NCBI GenBank assembly: GCA_050943115.1
Contig: JBMNON010000003.1
Span: forward strand, 28,565-92,564
From: Patescibacteria group bacterium
GTDB taxonomy: Bacteria > Patescibacteriota > Microgenomatia > UBA12405
Direction of reading: 5' to 3'
DNA length: 64,000 nt
The position numbers and the translations under genes are program-made. Below are positions 60,940 through 64,000 of the stretch, piece after piece; position 1 is the stretch's first letter; each line of letters begins with the position of its first letter. The notes beneath the pieces are model-generated. The model was not told the origin of the DNA. It did no database searches and worked only from the letters and a program-made list of their open reading frames with translations.

Positions 60940-62270
60940 AGTTGTTCTCCTTTGAGACCAGTTAAGTTTTCCCAGCGCTTTTTGATAACTTCGGCGTAGA
61001 CTGGTGATTTTTCCATGACATAACAGCGCCGTTTTAATTTAGTAGCAGCAATTAGCGTGCTACCGCTACCGCCAAATGGTTCGACTATTAAATCCCCTCT
61101 AAGAGTTAGGACTTTAATGTAGGGAATTAGGATTTCTACGGGTTTGGTGCCAAAAATTATGCCCTGACCCGAGCTCTTTTCATCTGAGGCTTTGAAGTCA
61201 ATAAAATCAGTCGGCTGATATTTCTTACCTTTCTGATACCCTTCCCAGTGAGGGTTGCCGGAGATGGCATAGAGCGCTGTCTCATATTCGTTTTGAAGAC
61301 CGTCAGTTTCTTTTGCCAAGTTAAAAGGAATGTCTTTGTTTGGGGATGCTCCAACCATGGCAATATCGTGTTTTGAAAAGAATTTGTGCTTAGCAGCATA
61401 GCCTTGGTTTCGGTTAGGAAGATGCCAAACGAGCATATTTTTTACTCGCCAATACTTTTCCATTTCACCCCAGATGATTCTGATGTTTTTCCAATTCTCA
61501 TAAACGATTATCGAAAAGTTTTCGTTTTGAATTTTGGCAATATTGGCCATCCACAACTCGGTAAAATTGTCTGGCAAAACATCGGTTTCCAAATAACGAC
61601 GGTTCTTTTTGGCACCAAAACCGACGGTCGGATTACCATGTCGTTGTTTTCCCTTAAGATAGTCCAAAACGTAAGGAGGGTCAGTTAGACAAAAATTTGC
61701 TTTCTCTTCATTCATTAATTTAATTACATCCACTTCAATCGTCGAATCTCCACACATGAGACGCGAATCTCCCAAATAATACACATCACCTCTTTGAAAT
61801 TTGATCTCATCAATCTTCAGTTTTTTTAGTTCTTTTTCGAGATTAAATATTTCGGTATTGGTATCGTCGATATCGAAAATGTTATCGAGTTCTTCGCTGT
61901 TAAAGCCAAGGTTTTGGAGAAAGTTTTCATCGAATTTGGCCAGCAAATCGTAGTCAAATTCACCTTGGTTTTTGTTTAATCGTAAGTTTAGTTCTTTTTC
62001 TCTTTCTACTTCCGGGATGTCTACATAGACAACCGGAATTTCTTTGTACCCCAACTGTCTGGCAACTTCAAGACGAAAGTGACCACCGATAACAATGTTT
62101 TTCCGACTCTCAGCACCGTTGACAATAATCGGGTCGACAAACCCGAAGCGCTTAATACTCTCCTTTAGCTGTTTAGTTTGCTCTTTACTCCACTTTCTGG
62201 GATTGTATTCGGAGGGGATTAAATCTGTAACTTTTACCAGGACCGTTTCTATTTTATTGGTGTTGACCAT
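60936..62270 (-). CDS. ParB-like N-terminal domain fused to a beta-class N6/N4 DNA methyltransferase
   Basis: YNPRK..LKESIKRFGFVDP..GGHFRL; CGDS, TDPPY, TKP, EPFGGSGST. Confidence 0.9.
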   Translation of the reverse strand: MVNTNKIETVLVKVTDLIPSEYNPRKWSKEQTKQLKESIKRFGFVDPIIVNGAESRKNIVIGGHFRLEVARQLGYKEIPVVYVDIPEVEREKELNLRLNKNQGEFDYDLLAKFDENFLQNLGFNSEELDNIFDIDDTNTEIFNLEKELKKLKIDEIKFQRGDVYYLGDSRLMCGDSTIEVDVIKLMNEEKANFCLTDPPYVLDYLKGKQRHGNPTVGFGAKKNRRYLETDVLPDNFTELWMANIAKIQNENFSIIVYENWKNIRIIWGEMEKYWRVKNMLVWHLPNRNQGYAAKHKFFSKHDIAMVGASPNKDIPFNLAKETDGLQNEYETALYAISGNPHWEGYQKGKKYQPTDFIDFKASDEKSSGQGIIFGTKPVEILIPYIKVLTLRGDLIVEPFGGSGSTLIAATKLKRRCYVMEKSPVYAEVIKKRWENLTGLKGEQL

Positions 62271-62521
62271 AAAAAAACTCCTTAAAGTAGTAATGTCCCG
62301 GCCCTGCGCCTGGATTGTCTCTACTTTCGGAGTTTGCAGGTCAAACGCCTAAATTCAATTTGACTGAATTGGTTAATTAAAACATAAATATTATCGGTCG
62401 TCAAATTGCTACATAATATAAAAAATTCGCTTCTTTTATACTTATGAATACCTATGAAGAATATTTTTTATAGTATACACTTTTTTATGCTTATCTTTAG
62501 GTTATTATTGATTATTTTAGC

Positions 62522-62585
62522 CATGTTTGATTTTTATTAACAAGCGATGTATATTGCTTTCATGTCTGATTTAATTAACAAGCGA
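62522..62585 (+). repeat. imperfect 25/26-bp direct repeat over the hsdM promoter and start codon
   Basis: CATGTTTGATTTTTATTAACAAGCGA (62522-47) and CATGTCTGATTTAATTAACAAGCGA (62561-85). Confidence 0.75.
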
Positions 62586-64000
62586 CTGGAGGAAGTCAAT
62601 GACTTGCTTACTATTAGTCAAGTGGCGGACTTATTTAAAATCCATCCTGACACACTTCGAAATTGGGAAAGAAGTGGTGAGCTGGTTCCTCTTCGAGTCG
62701 GACCAAGAAAAGATAGACGGTACAGAAAAGAAGATATCGAAACGATAGTGGCTAAGATGGGAAGTAAACTGACGCTTCAACAATTGGAACAATTTCTTTG
62801 GAAATCAGCAGATATTTTAAGAGGCAAGATTGATAGTTCAGATTACAAGAAATATATTTTTGGGTTGTTGTTTTATAAAAGAATTAGCGACGTTTGGGAC
62901 GAAGAGTACAAAAGGGTAATGGATGAATATGGAGATAACATACTAGCTGAAGCCGATTATAATCATCGCTTCCAAGTACCCAATGATTGTAAATGGTCAG
63001 TAATTGCTGAAACCTCTGAAAACATAGGCAAAAGACTTAATGAAATTTTTGAAAAAATCACTAACGTAAATAGTCCTAAGCTAGATAAGATTTTTAATGA
63101 TCTGGATTTTGCCAACAAAGACAGATTCCCCAATGAGACGTTACAAAGACTAATCAATCATTTTTCTCAATATAACTTTGGAGGTAACTACATTAGCTCT
63201 GATCTTTTAGGAGATGCGTACGAATATTTAATAAAGCAGTTTGCAGCTGATGCAGGCAAAAAGGGTGGGGAGTTCTATAGTCCACGAGAAGTGGAAAGGA
63301 TGATAGTAGGGATTTTGAAGCCTCATCAAAAAGACCATATTCTCGACCCGACAGTTGGCTCAGGTGGATTTTTACTTGAAGCATACAACTATTTAAGAGA
63401 AAAGACAGACGAACAGGTCGCCCGAACGCTATACCTTTATGGGCAGGAACTAAATATAGGTACTTTTGCCATCGCCAAAATTAACATGTTCCTTCACGGG
63501 CTAGATAGTGCTGATATTCGCAGAGGCGACACACTGGCCAATCCTCAGTTCTTAAACAACATTGGTGAACTTCAGAAGTTTGATATTGTAGTGGCGAATC
63601 CCCCGTATTCAATAAAGGATTGGGAATTTGAGAATTTCAAAAGTGATAAATTTGGTAGGACTGATGGATATGACCAGCCACCACAGAAAAATGCCGACTT
63701 TGCCTTCTTACTTCATATTGTTAAGTCACTAAACTCAAACGGAAGAGCGGGGGTTATTTTGCCTCACGGAGTTTTGTTTAGAGGTGGTGCGGAAGGCCGA
63801 ATAAGAGAACAATTGATTAAGAATGATTTGATAGATGCCATTATTTCCCTACCTCCTAAGCTTTTTTATGGAACTGGAATACCTGTAGCCGTATGGATTC
63901 TAAATAACAACAAATCAAAAGAAAAGAAAGGTAAGATCTTAATAATTGATGCTTCAAAGGAATTTTCTGAAGGTAAAAACCAAAACACCCTAAGAAAACA
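62562..64000 (+). CDS. hsdM: type I restriction-modification methyltransferase with N-terminal MerR/excisionase-like HTH (truncated by window end; not in the ORF track)
   Basis: MSDL...LLTISQVADLFKIHPDTLRNWERSG...DRRY, then LWKSADILRG, GEFYSPR, DPTVGSGGFL, NPPYS, LPHGVLFRG. Confidence 0.9.
   Translation, partial: MSDLINKRLEEVNDLLTISQVADLFKIHPDTLRNWERSGELVPLRVGPRKDRRYRKEDIETIVAKMGSKLTLQQLEQFLWKSADILRGKIDSSDYKKYIFGLLFYKRISDVWDEEYKRVMDEYGDNILAEADYNHRFQVPNDCKWSVIAETSENIGKRLNEIFEKITNVNSPKLDKIFNDLDFANKDRFPNETLQRLINHFSQYNFGGNYISSDLLGDAYEYLIKQFAADAGKKGGEFYSPREVERMIVGILKPHQKDHILDPTVGSGGFLLEAYNYLREKTDEQVARTLYLYGQELNIGTFAIAKINMFLHGLDSADIRRGDTLANPQFLNNIGELQKFDIVVANPPYSIKDWEFENFKSDKFGRTDGYDQPPQKNADFAFLLHIVKSLNSNGRAGVILPHGVLFRGGAEGRIREQLIKNDLIDAIISLPPKLFYGTGIPVAVWILNNNKSKEKKGKILIIDASKEFSEGKNQNTLRK

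Larger units (their letters stand above)
56587..64000. mobile_element. integrated element beside tRNA-Ser(GGA); right end not in window
   Basis: Large serine recombinase, terminase genes, DNA methylases and a change in strand composition begin after the tRNA. Confidence 0.75.

Noticed and set aside
56560-64000. att duplication of the tRNA-Ser 3' end
   Set aside because: No second copy seen in the window, so the insertion site is inferred from adjacency only.

Overview
A 64-kb chromosomal window from a Patescibacteria/CPR bacterium, most likely Microgenomates (inferred from the divergent 16S rRNA, CPR-type pilins and gene content). It uses the standard genetic code. It holds a stand-alone 16S rRNA gene with no 23S following and seven tRNAs, including an archaeal-type C1:G72 short-arm tRNA-Tyr and a tRNA-Arg(GCG). 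Housekeeping genes cover glycolysis and the pentose-phosphate pathway (rpiB-pgk-gap-rpe, tkt-fba-pfkB, eno, gpm), groESL and clpB (each with a CIRCE operator), recF, xth, uppS, two tandem class A PBPs and many glycosyltransferases. Most operon-first genes look leaderless. Two accessory regions stand out. (1) At 49838-50994 a promoter drives two GC-richer orphan envelope genes, followed by a tRNA-like cloverleaf ending in CCA, a 15-bp hairpin and a complete type III hammerhead ribozyme, just upstream of the clpB promoter. (2) From the 3' end of tRNA-Ser(GGA) to the window end lies an integrated element. It carries a YjzC-like gene, a large serine recombinase with a duplicated codon in its DRLSR motif, a ParB-methyltransferase/TerS/TerL operon with no portal or capsid genes, and a type I HsdM fused to a MerR/excisionase-like HTH with candidate operator repeats. 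All calls come from reading the sequence; no database searches were run.
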